Notes under the pieces: generated by a model
What the model was told of the DNA's origin: nothing
What the model saw: the letters and a program-made list of their open reading frames with translations, nothing else
Databases searched by the model: none
Shown here: positions 1 through 10,104 of the stretch, piece by piece
Numbering within the stretch: the stretch's first letter is position 1
Layout of the letters: every line of letters starts with the position of its first letter
Program-made: the position numbers and the translations under genes
NCBI GenBank assembly: GCA_963733095.1
Contig: CAVTBV010000001.1
Coordinates: 96,001 to 160,000, forward strand
Source: Candidatus Bathyarchaeota archaeon
GTDB taxonomy: Archaea > Thermoproteota > Bathyarchaeia > Bathyarchaeales > Bathycorpusculaceae
DNA length: 64,000 bases
Direction: 5' to 3'

Positions 1-3000
1 GAAATTGAGTGCCAAGGTGCAAACGCCCTTCCAGTGTTCTTTAGCGGCTCAAAAAATGCCAACTTGGGAATGAACGGGTTAGAATGGGTAATTGAGCACT
101 ATTTTATGAAAGAAGGCAAGCCAACTGTTGATGTGGTTATAAGTGCCCTGTCTTTTTCTTTAACAACATCTTTATCTGGCGCTGACTCGGTAGCTGCCCT
201 CAAGAAACTAGGCGTTCCGATCATAAAGGCAATTACGACTTGTAACACGTTTGAAGAATGGCGCGATACGCTTCAAGGACTAAGCACTCTGGATATTCCT
301 GCAAACATAGTTATGCCTGAGTTCGACGGAGCCTTGATTACTGTGCCTATTGCCGCGATGGATTTTTCCCAGACAAATTCTTCGACAGGAACCCGAATAA
401 TCAAATATGAGCCTATCCCTGAAAGGGTTGCTAAACTGGTTCGTTTGAGCTTGAACTGGGGAAAGCTAAGGCGCCTTTCAAATAGTGAAAAGAAAGTTGC
501 CATAATTTTCCACAATTATCCGCCCAGAAACGACACCATCGGTCACGCATTTGGCCTCGATTCCTCAGCCTCGGTCATGAATATTCTGCGAGATTTGAAG
601 GAACAAGGCTACGTGTTAAATTGCATGCCTGAAAGCAGCCAGAAATTAATGGAAACCATAACTAATGGTTTGACAAATGACCGCAGGTGGGCAAGCTCAG
701 AAGAACTTGCAGAACGATCTGTAGCCAAAATCTCAGTTGAACAATATGCGAAATGGTTCAGCGAATTGCCAACTGATGTAAGAGGCAAGATGGAGAAGGC
801 TTGGGGGAAGCCGCCTGGCAAGCTTTTCAGCTACAACTGCAAGTTGCTGGTCGCTGGAATAATCAACGGCAATGTCTTCATTGGTCTGCAACCTCCTCGT
901 GGTTACTTAGACAGTCCCTCATCTATCTATCACAGCCCAGACCTTCCAATTCCGCACCATTACTATGCGTATTACCACTGGATTCGGGATGTATTCAAAG
1001 CTAACGTAATCATGCATATTGGCACACATGGCACGTTGGAGTGGCTGCCTGGTAAAACTGCGGGTCTCTCAGCCTCCTGCTTTCCCGATATAGCCATCTC
1101 CGATTTACCCAATATTTATCCTTACATAATAACCAATCCAGGAGAAGGCACTCAAGCAAAGAGGCGAAGTTACTGCTGCATAATCGAACATATGGTTCCG
1201 ATCATGCACAACGCTGACACATATGAAGAGTTAGCTAAGGTTGAGGTTCAGTTGCAGGAGTATTATCATGCAAAAAATATTGACAAAGGAAAACTGCCTG
1301 TTTTGCAAAAGCTAATCTGGGAACAAGTGGTTCAAGCAAAGCTCGACCACGACCTTGAAGCCACTCAAGAATCTGCTTTCGTTGATTTTGACAACTTCTT
1401 AGAACGGTTACATGCGTACATAAATGAGCTGTCGGATGCGCAGATTCGGGATGGCCTACACATTCTAGGTGAGCCCCCAACTGATTTGCCTCTAGAAGAG
1501 TTCTTAGTAACTTTGACTAGATTGAGTAACGGCTCTGTGCCTTCCCTAAGACAGTCAATCGCTGAACTGAAGGGTTACGACTATGAGTCTTTGCTTGCGA
1601 ACAGAGGCAAATTGAACAGTGACGGCAAAACTAACGGCGACATAATCAAAGAATTGAACAACCTGTCCATGGAAATGATTAAGAAGTTTAATGCCGCTGG
1701 TTTCAGAGAGCCAAGCATCGACACAATAGCTATTAACGTGCTCGGAGCGAGTAGCCCTAAGATACGGCGTTGTCTTTACTACGTTGGGACTTTTCTTGCT
1801 CCTGCTTTGGCTGCCACTACTGATGAGTTAACCAATACCCTGTCCGCTTGTAAAGGGGGTTATGTTCCTTCAGGACCTTCAGGTTCCATGACAAGAGGCA
1901 TGGCTGATATTTTGCCTACAGGAAGGAATTTCTATTCTGTCGATCCACGGTCTGTTCCCTCGACTGCTTCTTGGCAGGTCGGTGTTGCTTTAGCTGATGC
2001 TTTGTTGGAGCGATATCTGAAAGAGGAAGGGCAGTATCCTGAGAGCGTTGGCATCATTATCTGGGCTACTGATACAATTAAAACTAAGGGCGATGATATC
2101 GCTGAGATTCTTTATTTGATGGGTGTGAAGCCCGTGTGGGAGGAGTCTAGTGGTCGTGTCGTTGGGGTTGAAGCTATTCCCCTTGAGACTTTAAAGCGTC
2201 CCCGTGTAGATGTCACCTTACGCATCAGTGGAATGTTCAGAGACGCATTTCCAAATGTGGTTCACCTAATAGATGAAGCGGTGGCATTGGTTGCTGGGCT
2301 TAAGGAGTCTTCGGAGCAGAACTATGTTGCTAAACATGTGGAAACTGAAGTAAAAGAGCGCACTGTCCAAGGAGTTGATGCGGAGAAAGCACGAGAGGAG
2401 GCACATTACAGGATTTTTGGTGACCGCCCTGGCGCTTACGGCGATGGGGTCAGTGATGCAATAGATTCTAAGAACTGGAAGGACCAAAAGGACCTAAGCG
2501 ATATCTACGTCACTTGGGGAAGCTATGCCTACACCCGTAAAACCTATGGGCGCCAAGTACCTGAGCAGTTCAAACTGCGACTAAGCAAGATTAACCTAAC
2601 AGTGAAGAATCAGGATTCACGTGAATTCGACATACTAGACGGCGACGACTGGTATAGTGCTCACGGCGGAATGATCACTGCTGTCAAGACGTTAGGGGGG
2701 AAAGCTCCTCGGTCTTACTGTGGAGATAGTTCTGACCCCGACCGCGTGAAAGTTAGGAGTACCAAGGAGGAGACTAATCATGTTTTTCGCTCGCGTCTTC
2801 TTAACCCTAAGTGGATTCAAAGTATGAAACGGCATGGCTACCAAGGTGCCGCTGACCTTTCTAGAACACTTGATACCGTTTTCGGCTGGGATGCTACAGT
2901 GGAGGCTGTTGAGGACTGGATGTATGAGGATTTGGCTAAGAAGTATGTGCTGAACGCAGAGATGCAGCAGTGGCTAAAGGAAGTAAATCCTTATGCTCTT

Positions 3001-3135
3001 CAAAACATGGTCGAGCGGCTTTTGGAAGCTGTTGAACGAAAAATGTGGCAGGCATCGGAGGACATGCAGAAGCAGTTACAGCAGCTTTACTTGAGCGTTG
3101 AAGGGTTGCTGGAAGGCGCGGCTGAAAAGAAGTAA
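1..3135 (+). CDS. cobN: CobN/magnesium-chelatase family protein (cobaltochelatase large subunit-like), 5'-partial
   Basis: Frame open from base 1; motifs HNYPPRND, HIGTHGTLEWLPGK, LPTGRNFYS, DVTLRISGMFRD, LLNPKWI typical of CobN/ChlH. Confidence 0.9.
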   Translation, partial: EIECQGANALPVFFSGSKNANLGMNGLEWVIEHYFMKEGKPTVDVVISALSFSLTTSLSGADSVAALKKLGVPIIKAITTCNTFEEWRDTLQGLSTLDIPANIVMPEFDGALITVPIAAMDFSQTNSSTGTRIIKYEPIPERVAKLVRLSLNWGKLRRLSNSEKKVAIIFHNYPPRNDTIGHAFGLDSSASVMNILRDLKEQGYVLNCMPESSQKLMETITNGLTNDRRWASSEELAERSVAKISVEQYAKWFSELPTDVRGKMEKAWGKPPGKLFSYNCKLLVAGIINGNVFIGLQPPRGYLDSPSSIYHSPDLPIPHHYYAYYHWIRDVFKANVIMHIGTHGTLEWLPGKTAGLSASCFPDIAISDLPNIYPYIITNPGEGTQAKRRSYCCIIEHMVPIMHNADTYEELAKVEVQLQEYYHAKNIDKGKLPVLQKLIWEQVVQAKLDHDLEATQESAFVDFDNFLERLHAYINELSDAQIRDGLHILGEPPTDLPLEEFLVTLTRLSNGSVPSLRQSIAELKGYDYESLLANRGKLNSDGKTNGDIIKELNNLSMEMIKKFNAAGFREPSIDTIAINVLGASSPKIRRCLYYVGTFLAPALAATTDELTNTLSACKGGYVPSGPSGSMTRGMADILPTGRNFYSVDPRSVPSTASWQVGVALADALLERYLKEEGQYPESVGIIIWATDTIKTKGDDIAEILYLMGVKPVWEESSGRVVGVEAIPLETLKRPRVDVTLRISGMFRDAFPNVVHLIDEAVALVAGLKESSEQNYVAKHVETEVKERTVQGVDAEKAREEAHYRIFGDRPGAYGDGVSDAIDSKNWKDQKDLSDIYVTWGSYAYTRKTYGRQVPEQFKLRLSKINLTVKNQDSREFDILDGDDWYSAHGGMITAVKTLGGKAPRSYCGDSSDPDRVKVRSTKEETNHVFRSRLLNPKWIQSMKRHGYQGAADLSRTLDTVFGWDATVEAVEDWMYEDLAKKYVLNAEMQQWLKEVNPYALQNMVERLLEAVERKMWQASEDMQKQLQQLYLSVEGLLEGAAEKK

Positions 3136-3155
3136 AAAAATAAGGCGGAATATGA

Positions 3156-3908
3156 ATGAAAGAAATCAATGAAAAATTAAGTGAAAAGAAAATCAACATC
3201 TCGCTGGATGAAGTAGATGCCAAGGTAATTTACCACATCTATGAGGGTTTTAAGCTTAACACGTTACTCGTCTCTTTTGGAGAAAAGCGCCGAGTTCTCT
3301 CAACTCTGGACGGCTACAAAGAGGTACTTTATGTTGCTAACACTTACACGCCTCTTCAATTATCCCAGCGCACAATGAAAAACTATCAAGAATTTAAGCG
3401 AAATTTTCCTCTGGCACTAGGAATTGATCCAATGACAATTGCTTTTTTGAGCACTGGCGTTGACATGGACCAATTAGCTATCTGCGAGAAGTCTTACGAA
3501 GAATTCAAGGTTTGCTGTTTGGCTACAGCTGGGGCGAAAGGCAACGCTTTACGGACAGGTGTGGAAACTGCAAGTTATGTAGAGCGACCTGGGCACTTCG
3601 TGAGTACAATTGGTACTATTAACGTGATTCTTTTGACTAACGCTACTTTAAGTGAAGGCGCCATTGCTAGAGCCATTATCACGGTTACAGAGGCAAAGAC
3701 TGCTGCGCTCCAAGATTTAGATGTGAGAAGCACCTTTTCGCCTCAGTATCAAGCGACTGGTACAGGAACTGATAACATGATTGTTGTTTCTGGAAAAATG
3801 GGTAAGCCACTACTGTTAACCAGTGGTCACACCAAGATTGGTGAGTTGATTGGCAATTCAACTAAGATTGCGGTTACCGAGGCGTTAAAAAAACATGATG
3901 GTCTATGA
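3156..3908 (+). CDS. cbiZ: Adenosylcobinamide amidohydrolase
   Basis: ATAG..NA, GTINVILL, TVTEAKTAAL, ATGTGTD motifs; follows cobN. Confidence 0.85.
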   Translation: MKEINEKLSEKKINISLDEVDAKVIYHIYEGFKLNTLLVSFGEKRRVLSTLDGYKEVLYVANTYTPLQLSQRTMKNYQEFKRNFPLALGIDPMTIAFLSTGVDMDQLAICEKSYEEFKVCCLATAGAKGNALRTGVETASYVERPGHFVSTIGTINVILLTNATLSEGAIARAIITVTEAKTAALQDLDVRSTFSPQYQATGTGTDNMIVVSGKMGKPLLLTSGHTKIGELIGNSTKIAVTEALKKHDGL

Positions 3909-3966
3909 CGAGGCTGAAATGATGTATGCAACAATTGAAACAAAGAATCCATGGAGGTATTGAGGG

Positions 3967-4827
3967 TTGAAAGAATTTATTGTAACCGAAAAATTCACCA
4001 AAAACTATGGTAAAGTAAAAGCCGTTGAAAACTTGAACTTAACCGTTTATCAGGGGGAAATTTTTGGTTTCTTGGGACCTAACGGCGCTGGCAAGACTAC
4101 AACTATCCGCGTAATGACTACTTTAACGAAACCAACTTCAGGTTGTGTACGGATAAACGGTTTTGACGTAGTGAAAGAAGCGGAGAAAGTAAAGGAAGTT
4201 ATTGGCGTGGTGCAGCAGCATTTGACATTAGATCAAGATTTAACGCTACGGGAGAATATGGAGTTTCACGCGCGCCTGCATCACATTAATTCCGCTGAGC
4301 GTAAACGACGTATCAACGAGTTACTTGAATATGTTGAACTCACTGAGTATGCTGACCGTATGGTTAATACTCTTTCAGGTGGCATGAAAAAGCGTGCCGC
4401 AATTGTCAGTTCTTTGTTGCATGAACCTAAGGTTTTGTTTTTGGATGAGCCGACTGTTGGGTTGGATGCTCAGGGACGGCGCCGTTTGTGGGATCTGGTG
4501 CGCCGTTTGAACTTGGATGGCACCACGATTTTTCTTACTACGCATTATATTGAGGAGGCCGAGGCTTTGTGTGGGCGTGTGGGTGTTATGCATCATGGGC
4601 GGTTGATTGCTTTGGATACGCCTTTGGCGTTGCGTGAGAAGGTGGGGTCGGTTGTTGTGGAGTCTCTTGTGGATAAAGAGACACACTATAGGATTTTTGC
4701 TAATAGGGCGGCGGCGAATAGTTATGCGCAGACGTTACCGTCTGATGCTAGAACGGTTACTATTCGTGATTCAAATTTGGAGGATGTTTTTGTGGAGTTA
4801 ACTGGTCAAAAGGTTGGTGACGTCTAA
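3967..4827 (+). CDS. ABC-2/DrrA-type exporter ATP-binding subunit
   Basis: Walker A GPNGAGKTT, LSGGM signature, LFLDEPT, TTHY; TTG start. Confidence 0.92.
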   Translation: MKEFIVTEKFTKNYGKVKAVENLNLTVYQGEIFGFLGPNGAGKTTTIRVMTTLTKPTSGCVRINGFDVVKEAEKVKEVIGVVQQHLTLDQDLTLRENMEFHARLHHINSAERKRRINELLEYVELTEYADRMVNTLSGGMKKRAAIVSSLLHEPKVLFLDEPTVGLDAQGRRRLWDLVRRLNLDGTTIFLTTHYIEEAEALCGRVGVMHHGRLIALDTPLALREKVGSVVVESLVDKETHYRIFANRAAANSYAQTLPSDARTVTIRDSNLEDVFVELTGQKVGDV

Positions 4828-5576
4828 TGCTAAATGCGTTGAGTGATATTTCTTCTGTTTTGTATGCGGATTTACGGAATTTGAGACGCCACTTGCGCTC
4901 GCTGGTCGCCACAAGTCTTATTCAGCCTCTTCTGTATTTGGTAGCGTTTGGTTATGGTTTAGGTCAAGGCGTCAATATTGGCGGTGTTAGCTACTTAGCG
5001 TTTGTTATTCCGGGTATTATTGCATTGACCGCGTTTTCGACTAGTTTCTCCGGGGCTTCGGCGAAGCTGCAAGTGGACCGCTTATTTTACAAGACCTTTG
5101 ATGAATATTTGATGGCGCCTGTGAGCCTCTATTCGATTGTTGTAGGTAAGGCTTTGGTCGGTGTAGTGCGCAGCTTGATTACCTCTGTTGCTATACTGGT
5201 AGTTGGCCTCGTTCTTTCGCCTTTGCTGATAGTTAGTCCGTTGTTTGTGCTGGTTTTGTTTGTGTCGTGTTTTGTGTTTTCGTTATTCGGGGTGCTTGTT
5301 GCGTTTTTGATAAACTCCCATCAGAACATGAGCGCTTTTAGCAACCTAGTCATCTTGCCTATGACCTTTTTATGCGGCACTTTTTTTTCTTTTAGTGGGT
5401 TGCCTGTTGCGGCGCAGGGGGTGTTGTATGTTTTGCCTCTTACGCATGCGAGTCTGTGTTTGCGTGCAGCGGCTTTGGGGCAAGCGTTTCCATGGTTTTC
5501 TTTTGCAGTTCTTCTTGGCTTCGGAATGGCTTTCTTCTTAGGCTCCATGGTTGCCCTGAAAAAGAATAGTGTATGA
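4827..5576 (+). CDS. ABC-2 type exporter permease
   Basis: About six hydrophobic segments, YLAFVIPGII, PMTFLCGTFF, LPLTHA; TAATG overlap with ATPase. Confidence 0.9.
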   Translation: MLNALSDISSVLYADLRNLRRHLRSLVATSLIQPLLYLVAFGYGLGQGVNIGGVSYLAFVIPGIIALTAFSTSFSGASAKLQVDRLFYKTFDEYLMAPVSLYSIVVGKALVGVVRSLITSVAILVVGLVLSPLLIVSPLFVLVLFVSCFVFSLFGVLVAFLINSHQNMSAFSNLVILPMTFLCGTFFSFSGLPVAAQGVLYVLPLTHASLCLRAAALGQAFPWFSFAVLLGFGMAFFLGSMVALKKNSV

Positions 5577-5666
5577 GGGATCAATTGATGATAGCGGATA
5601 AAACTATGAAACAACTCAAAATGGCTTGTGTAATACGCTTGCTAAGTGAAATTGGAGTGGTGTAGT

Positions 5667-6191
5667 ATGAAACCAGTGTTGCTTGTGATTGATGCTCAAA
5701 ACGGGTGGCTGGGGATGTCTGAGGGGTTGAAAAGGTCGGTGGATGAACACGTCGGCAACATGTGCAAGGCAATCTCAATATTTCGCAAAGCTGGTGCACC
5801 CATAATTTTTACTTATCACTCCTGCAGCGCTAAAGAAATCATGCCTGGAACCAAAGAGTTTGAACTTTTCCCCAACATAGGTTTCGAGGCTATAGATGGA
5901 ATACTGGTGAAGACCTATGCCAACGCTTTTAATAAGACACAACTGGAAACTATGATTCGAGACAGAAAATGCGATACAGTTTTCCTTATTGGGCTTAGTG
6001 CCATGCATTGCGTTTTTGCTACTTATCACGGTGCGTATGATCATGACTTGATTCCCTATTTAGTAAGAGGTGCAGTGGCTGGGCCAGACGCGGAATCTAT
6101 TCAGACGGCGGAGAGGATCTGTGACACGCTGAGTTTGCGAGCGATATCGCAGATTTTGGAACAGGACCCGCAAGTTACAAGTATGGGCTAA
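5667..6191 (+). CDS. Isochorismatase-family cysteine hydrolase
   Basis: LLVIDAQN, K..ANAF, GLSAMHCV catalytic triad pattern; ATG at 5667 chosen over GTG 5646. Confidence 0.85.
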   Translation: MKPVLLVIDAQNGWLGMSEGLKRSVDEHVGNMCKAISIFRKAGAPIIFTYHSCSAKEIMPGTKEFELFPNIGFEAIDGILVKTYANAFNKTQLETMIRDRKCDTVFLIGLSAMHCVFATYHGAYDHDLIPYLVRGAVAGPDAESIQTAERICDTLSLRAISQILEQDPQVTSMG

Positions 6192-6368
6192 GGGCTAGGG
6201 GTAATGGGAGCCGTTGGGCGAGTAGTCCTAAATAAACTTGGGTTTAAAGCAGATTTTGAATTCGGCATAAGACCTCAATGTAATTAATCCAAAAATTGGC
6301 GAATAACTATGCGTGTTGCTGGTTTCTTGCATTTGAATCCTTTGTTATTTTATCCAAAAGTATGTTGT

Positions 6369-6491
6369 TGGCGCCGGGGAAGGGATTCGAACCCCTGCGA
6401 GCACGAAGCCCACCAGCTATCTTGCCTTTTGGCTAGCCCTCTTTTGTGTTTGATCTCGAGGCTGGCGCGATAACCACTCCGCCACCCCGGC
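6369..6491 (-). tRNA. tRNA-Ser(CGA) with 36-nt canonical (37/38) intron at 6419-6454, CCA encoded
   Basis: Minus strand GCCGGGGTGGCGGAGTGGTTATCGCG-CCAGC-CT-CGA-G[intron]A-GCTGG, long variable arm, GGTTCGAATCC, CCCCGGCGCCA. Confidence 0.93.
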
Positions 6492-7180
6492 TCCAGCCTA
6501 AACATTTGCATTGTGGCTAAAAGAGTTTTCAGTAGAAAACAAATATGCCTGTTCTTCTCCCGATTTCATCTGATTCCTCAGCAAACTTGAACAAATAAGA
6601 AGTATGGCTTTCAACATACCCATAACACCACAAACAACCAAAACTAACATGCCTCTCTTAACGATAGTAAAAACAATCTTCTCCTCAACGCTATGTAGTT
6701 GTAAATTTGCTTTCAAATCTGCCACAATAACGTCGAACTGCCAAGGTTGATGGCCAGAAGGAAGGACGGCGTGGACGGGAGGAAGTTGTTGTTGTTGCTG
6801 CTGCTGCAACTGCATTCTGCACACCAGTTGCAACAACAACCAAAGAAGGCTACATTTACGCCTAAAGACTTGACCGATAAAGTATGACAACAACTGAACC
6901 CAAAGAAGATACAACCACTGCTGCAACAACAGAATTTTGCACAAAGACTGTTGAATCTTTCAAGACTAACCTCAAATCAATCAGTTTAACCGTGCGTCTT
7001 GAAGATTTTTGATCAAACCAACTCACAACCGCAAAAAACGAAAATTTATTTTGGGAGCAGAAATCTTTATCCTTTGCAACGGAAGTTTACTATTAGGAAC
7101 TTTGACGTCACCTGCAACCTGAGGCTGGTTAATTTCTTTTCCACTGGATGCGCTCTACTTTTGAGTTCTTAACGGCAACA

Positions 7181-7187
7181 TTTATAA
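7181..7187 (+). promoter_or_regulatory. TATA box of ribosomal protein operon
   Basis: TTTATAA about 40 nt upstream of uL3 ATG. Confidence 0.55.
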
Positions 7188-7227
7188 CCCCTTTTACTAT
7201 TTGCTAAAGGCGCGAAGCGGAAGTACT

Positions 7228-8241
7228 ATGGGACATCGTAAAACTCATGCTCCAAAACATGGTTCATTAGCCTATTTGCCTAGGCACCGTGCAAAGAAAC
7301 CAACTGCACGAATCAGATACTGGCCAGAAACAACGTCAGATTCTCCTAAACTTTTAGGTTTCACATCCTACAAAGCAGGCATGACTTATATCTTCACCAT
7401 CGAAGACCATAAACGTTCTCCACACTTTGGAAAAGAAGTCATGCGGGCAGTAACCATTCTTGAAACTCCACCGATAATTATCTGTGGTATTAGAACTTAC
7501 ACTAAAACACCCTACGGGCTCCAAAACATCACTGAAGCCTGGATGAAAGATCCACCAGCAATCCTTGACAGATTGATGGTTTTACCGGATAACTTTGACA
7601 CTGAAGCAATGCTTCAGAAAATCCAAGAAAACCTCGAACACACAGACGTAGTTCGAGTCATAACCGCTACACAACCCAGTCAAACAAGCCTTTCAAAGAA
7701 GAAGCCTGAATCCTGCGAAATCCAAATCGGCGGCGGAACAATCCAGCAACAATTCGAATACGCCAAACAACTCTTGGGCAAAACAGTAACGCCCGAAGAA
7801 GTCTTCAAAGACGGCCAATACATCGACGTAGCCGGAATCACAGTCGGCAAGGGCTATCAGGGTCCAGTTAAACGCTGGGGAGTAACCTGCCTGCAGCATA
7901 AGGGCAGAAAAACCAAACGAGGCATCGCAACATTAGGTCCATGGAACCCCCACCACCTCATGTACAGCATCCCACGAGCAGGCCAGATGGGCTATCACCA
8001 ACGCATCGAATTCAACAAACGCATATTAAAAATCGGCAAAAACGGCAAAGAAGTCACCGTTAAAGGCGGATACATCCGTTACGGCGAAGTAAACGGACCC
8101 TACGTCCTAATCGAAGGAAGCGTACCCGGAACAGAAAAACGCCAAATCCGCCTAAGAGCTCCAGCACGTCCACCCACCGAAACACCCGAAGCAGCACCAC
8201 AAGTCACATATATCTCGCTGGAGTCCCCACAAGGAAAATAG
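7228..8241 (+). CDS. rpl3: 50S ribosomal protein uL3
   Basis: MGHRKTHAPKHGSLAYLPR, YKAGMT, GKGYQGPVKRWG, RAGQMGYHQR. Confidence 0.97.
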   Translation: MGHRKTHAPKHGSLAYLPRHRAKKPTARIRYWPETTSDSPKLLGFTSYKAGMTYIFTIEDHKRSPHFGKEVMRAVTILETPPIIICGIRTYTKTPYGLQNITEAWMKDPPAILDRLMVLPDNFDTEAMLQKIQENLEHTDVVRVITATQPSQTSLSKKKPESCEIQIGGGTIQQQFEYAKQLLGKTVTPEEVFKDGQYIDVAGITVGKGYQGPVKRWGVTCLQHKGRKTKRGIATLGPWNPHHLMYSIPRAGQMGYHQRIEFNKRILKIGKNGKEVTVKGGYIRYGEVNGPYVLIEGSVPGTEKRQIRLRAPARPPTETPEAAPQVTYISLESPQGK

Positions 8242-8253
8242 GAGAAATAAGCC

Positions 8254-9039
8254 ATGGCACAAAAAACAGCAGAAATCTTCGACTTACAGGGTAAAGCAAC
8301 AGGTAAAATTACACTTCCAAGCGTTTTCTCTACACCCCTAAGACCCGACGTTATAAAACGCGCCGTCTTAGCAATACAATCCAACCGAAGACAGCCACAA
8401 GGCAGAGACCCCATGGCTGGAAAGAAAACCACCGCAGAATCACGCGGAACCGGAAGTGCAACCGCAAGAGTTCCACGAATAAAAAGCGGCAGTGGAAGAG
8501 CAGCTTTTGCCCCAAGCACAGTTAAAGGAAGACAACCCCACCCGCCAAGAGCAGAAAAGAAAATACTGCGTGCCATTCCAAAGAAGGAAGCAAAACTCGC
8601 ATTAACTTCCGCAATCGCAGCAACTGCACAAAAAGAAACCGTAACTTCCAGAGGACACAAAATCGGAAATGCTCCAGCGTTTCCGTTGATAGTTGAAGAT
8701 GCCCTTGAAGGCTTAACCAAAGCAAAAGAAGTCGAAGACGCATTTACAAGCATAGGCATAAGCGAAGATCTAGTTAGAGTCCGTGACAGCCGCAACATCC
8801 GCGCTGGCAAAGGTAAACGACGAGGCAGAAAAATGAAGCAAGCCGTTGGACCACTCATCGTAGTTGTTGACGGTAAAACCTTAGTTAATGCCGCAAACAA
8901 CCTTCCAGGCGTAGAAGTAACCACAGTAGCTAACCTTAACACTGAAATGCTCGCACCCGGAACTCATGCAGGACGATTAACTGTTTGGACTAATGGCGCT
9001 ATCGAAAAATTAACCACTCTTTATGGAGAACAAATTTAA
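8254..9039 (+). CDS. rpl4: 50S ribosomal protein uL4
   Basis: RPDVIKRAV, AGKKTTAES, RAGKGKRRGR, LAPGTHAGRLT. Confidence 0.97.
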   Translation: MAQKTAEIFDLQGKATGKITLPSVFSTPLRPDVIKRAVLAIQSNRRQPQGRDPMAGKKTTAESRGTGSATARVPRIKSGSGRAAFAPSTVKGRQPHPPRAEKKILRAIPKKEAKLALTSAIAATAQKETVTSRGHKIGNAPAFPLIVEDALEGLTKAKEVEDAFTSIGISEDLVRVRDSRNIRAGKGKRRGRKMKQAVGPLIVVVDGKTLVNAANNLPGVEVTTVANLNTEMLAPGTHAGRLTVWTNGAIEKLTTLYGEQI

Positions 9040-9299
9040 TGGACATTAATGATATAATTTCTTTTCCGTTGATGACCGAATCCGCCAGCGTTATGGTTGA
9101 ACGAGACAACAAACTAATCTTCGTAGTTAACCTCAAAGCAGGCAAAACTGACGTTAAACGCGCCGTCGAGACACTCTACGAAGTAAAGGTTAGCAAGATA
9201 AACATGCTTATAACTCCTCAAGGCGTAAAGAAAGCGTTCGTGAAGCTAAAACCAGAATTTAGAGCTTCAGACGTTGCAATTAAACTTGGAATACTCTAA
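9039..9299 (+). CDS. rpl23: 50S ribosomal protein uL23
   Basis: PLMTES, NKLIFVV, KKAFVKL, ASDVAIKLGIL. Confidence 0.96.
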   Translation: MDINDIISFPLMTESASVMVERDNKLIFVVNLKAGKTDVKRAVETLYEVKVSKINMLITPQGVKKAFVKLKPEFRASDVAIKLGIL

Positions 9300-9318
9300 T
9301 TTAATGAAGGCATGACTT

Positions 9319-10059
9319 ATGGGAAAACGAATTCGTGTTCAAAGACGTGGTCGCGGTGGACGAAACTTCCGCGCCAACACTCACAAACGGGTTGCTCCAG
9401 CAAAGTATCCACCGATAGCACCAAAACAGTCTTTTGAAGCTTCAATAATGGGCACCATTACAGAACTTGTACATGACCCAGGTCGGGGTGCACCATTGTC
9501 GCTTGTTAAATTCGAGAACGGTTTATCAATCTATACTGTTGTCCCTGAAGGTGTTTTCACCGGGCAACAAATCTGTTATGGCGGGAAAGCTCCGGCTGAA
9601 ATAGGAAACATTATTCCTCTGGGAAGAGTTCCTGAAGGAACTATTGTTTGTGATCTTGAGCTTCGTCCAGGTGATGGAGGAAAGATGGCAAAGTCTTCAG
9701 GCGCTTATGCTACCGTTGTCGGTCACACTCCGCAGGGTACCATGGTCCGATTGCCTTCTGGGCGAACTCGATACGTTAACGATTACTGTTTATCTACTGT
9801 CGGCGTAATTTCCGCTTCTGGACGCATCGAGAAACCGTTCCTTAAGGCAGGCGAAAAATTCCACCAAATGAAAGCTAAAGGACATACCTATCCAAGAACT
9901 AGCGGTCGCAAAATGGTTCCAGCTGTTCACCCATTCGGAAGCAGCAAACGTAGCTCTCGCAGATGCACAACAACATCGCATGGCGCTCCACCAGGACAGA
10001 AAGTCGGATTAATCGCTGCTAGAGGTCCAGGACAGAAGAAGAAACGGGCAATACGCTAA
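9319..10059 (+). CDS. rpl2: 50S ribosomal protein uL2
   Basis: MGKRIRVQRRGRG, HDPGRGAP, PGDGGK, PPGQKVGLIAAR. Confidence 0.97.
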   Translation: MGKRIRVQRRGRGGRNFRANTHKRVAPAKYPPIAPKQSFEASIMGTITELVHDPGRGAPLSLVKFENGLSIYTVVPEGVFTGQQICYGGKAPAEIGNIIPLGRVPEGTIVCDLELRPGDGGKMAKSSGAYATVVGHTPQGTMVRLPSGRTRYVNDYCLSTVGVISASGRIEKPFLKAGEKFHQMKAKGHTYPRTSGRKMVPAVHPFGSSKRSSRRCTTTSHGAPPGQKVGLIAARGPGQKKKRAIR

Positions 10060-10104
10060 GGAAACTATAATAGAGGATAAAATTAAGTTTAGGAAAGATG
10101 AAAG

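Noticed and set aside
6498-6944. 148-aa minus ORF with poly-Q
   Set aside because: Runs through the tRNA-Ser promoter, arises from a CAG/CAA tract and has no recognisable motif; not called as a CDS
8100-8942. 280-aa antisense ORF, and similar shadow ORFs (e.g. 18966-19628, 54453-55019, 58525-59058)
   Set aside because: Overlap well-supported genes; explained by codon bias suppressing stops in alternate frames
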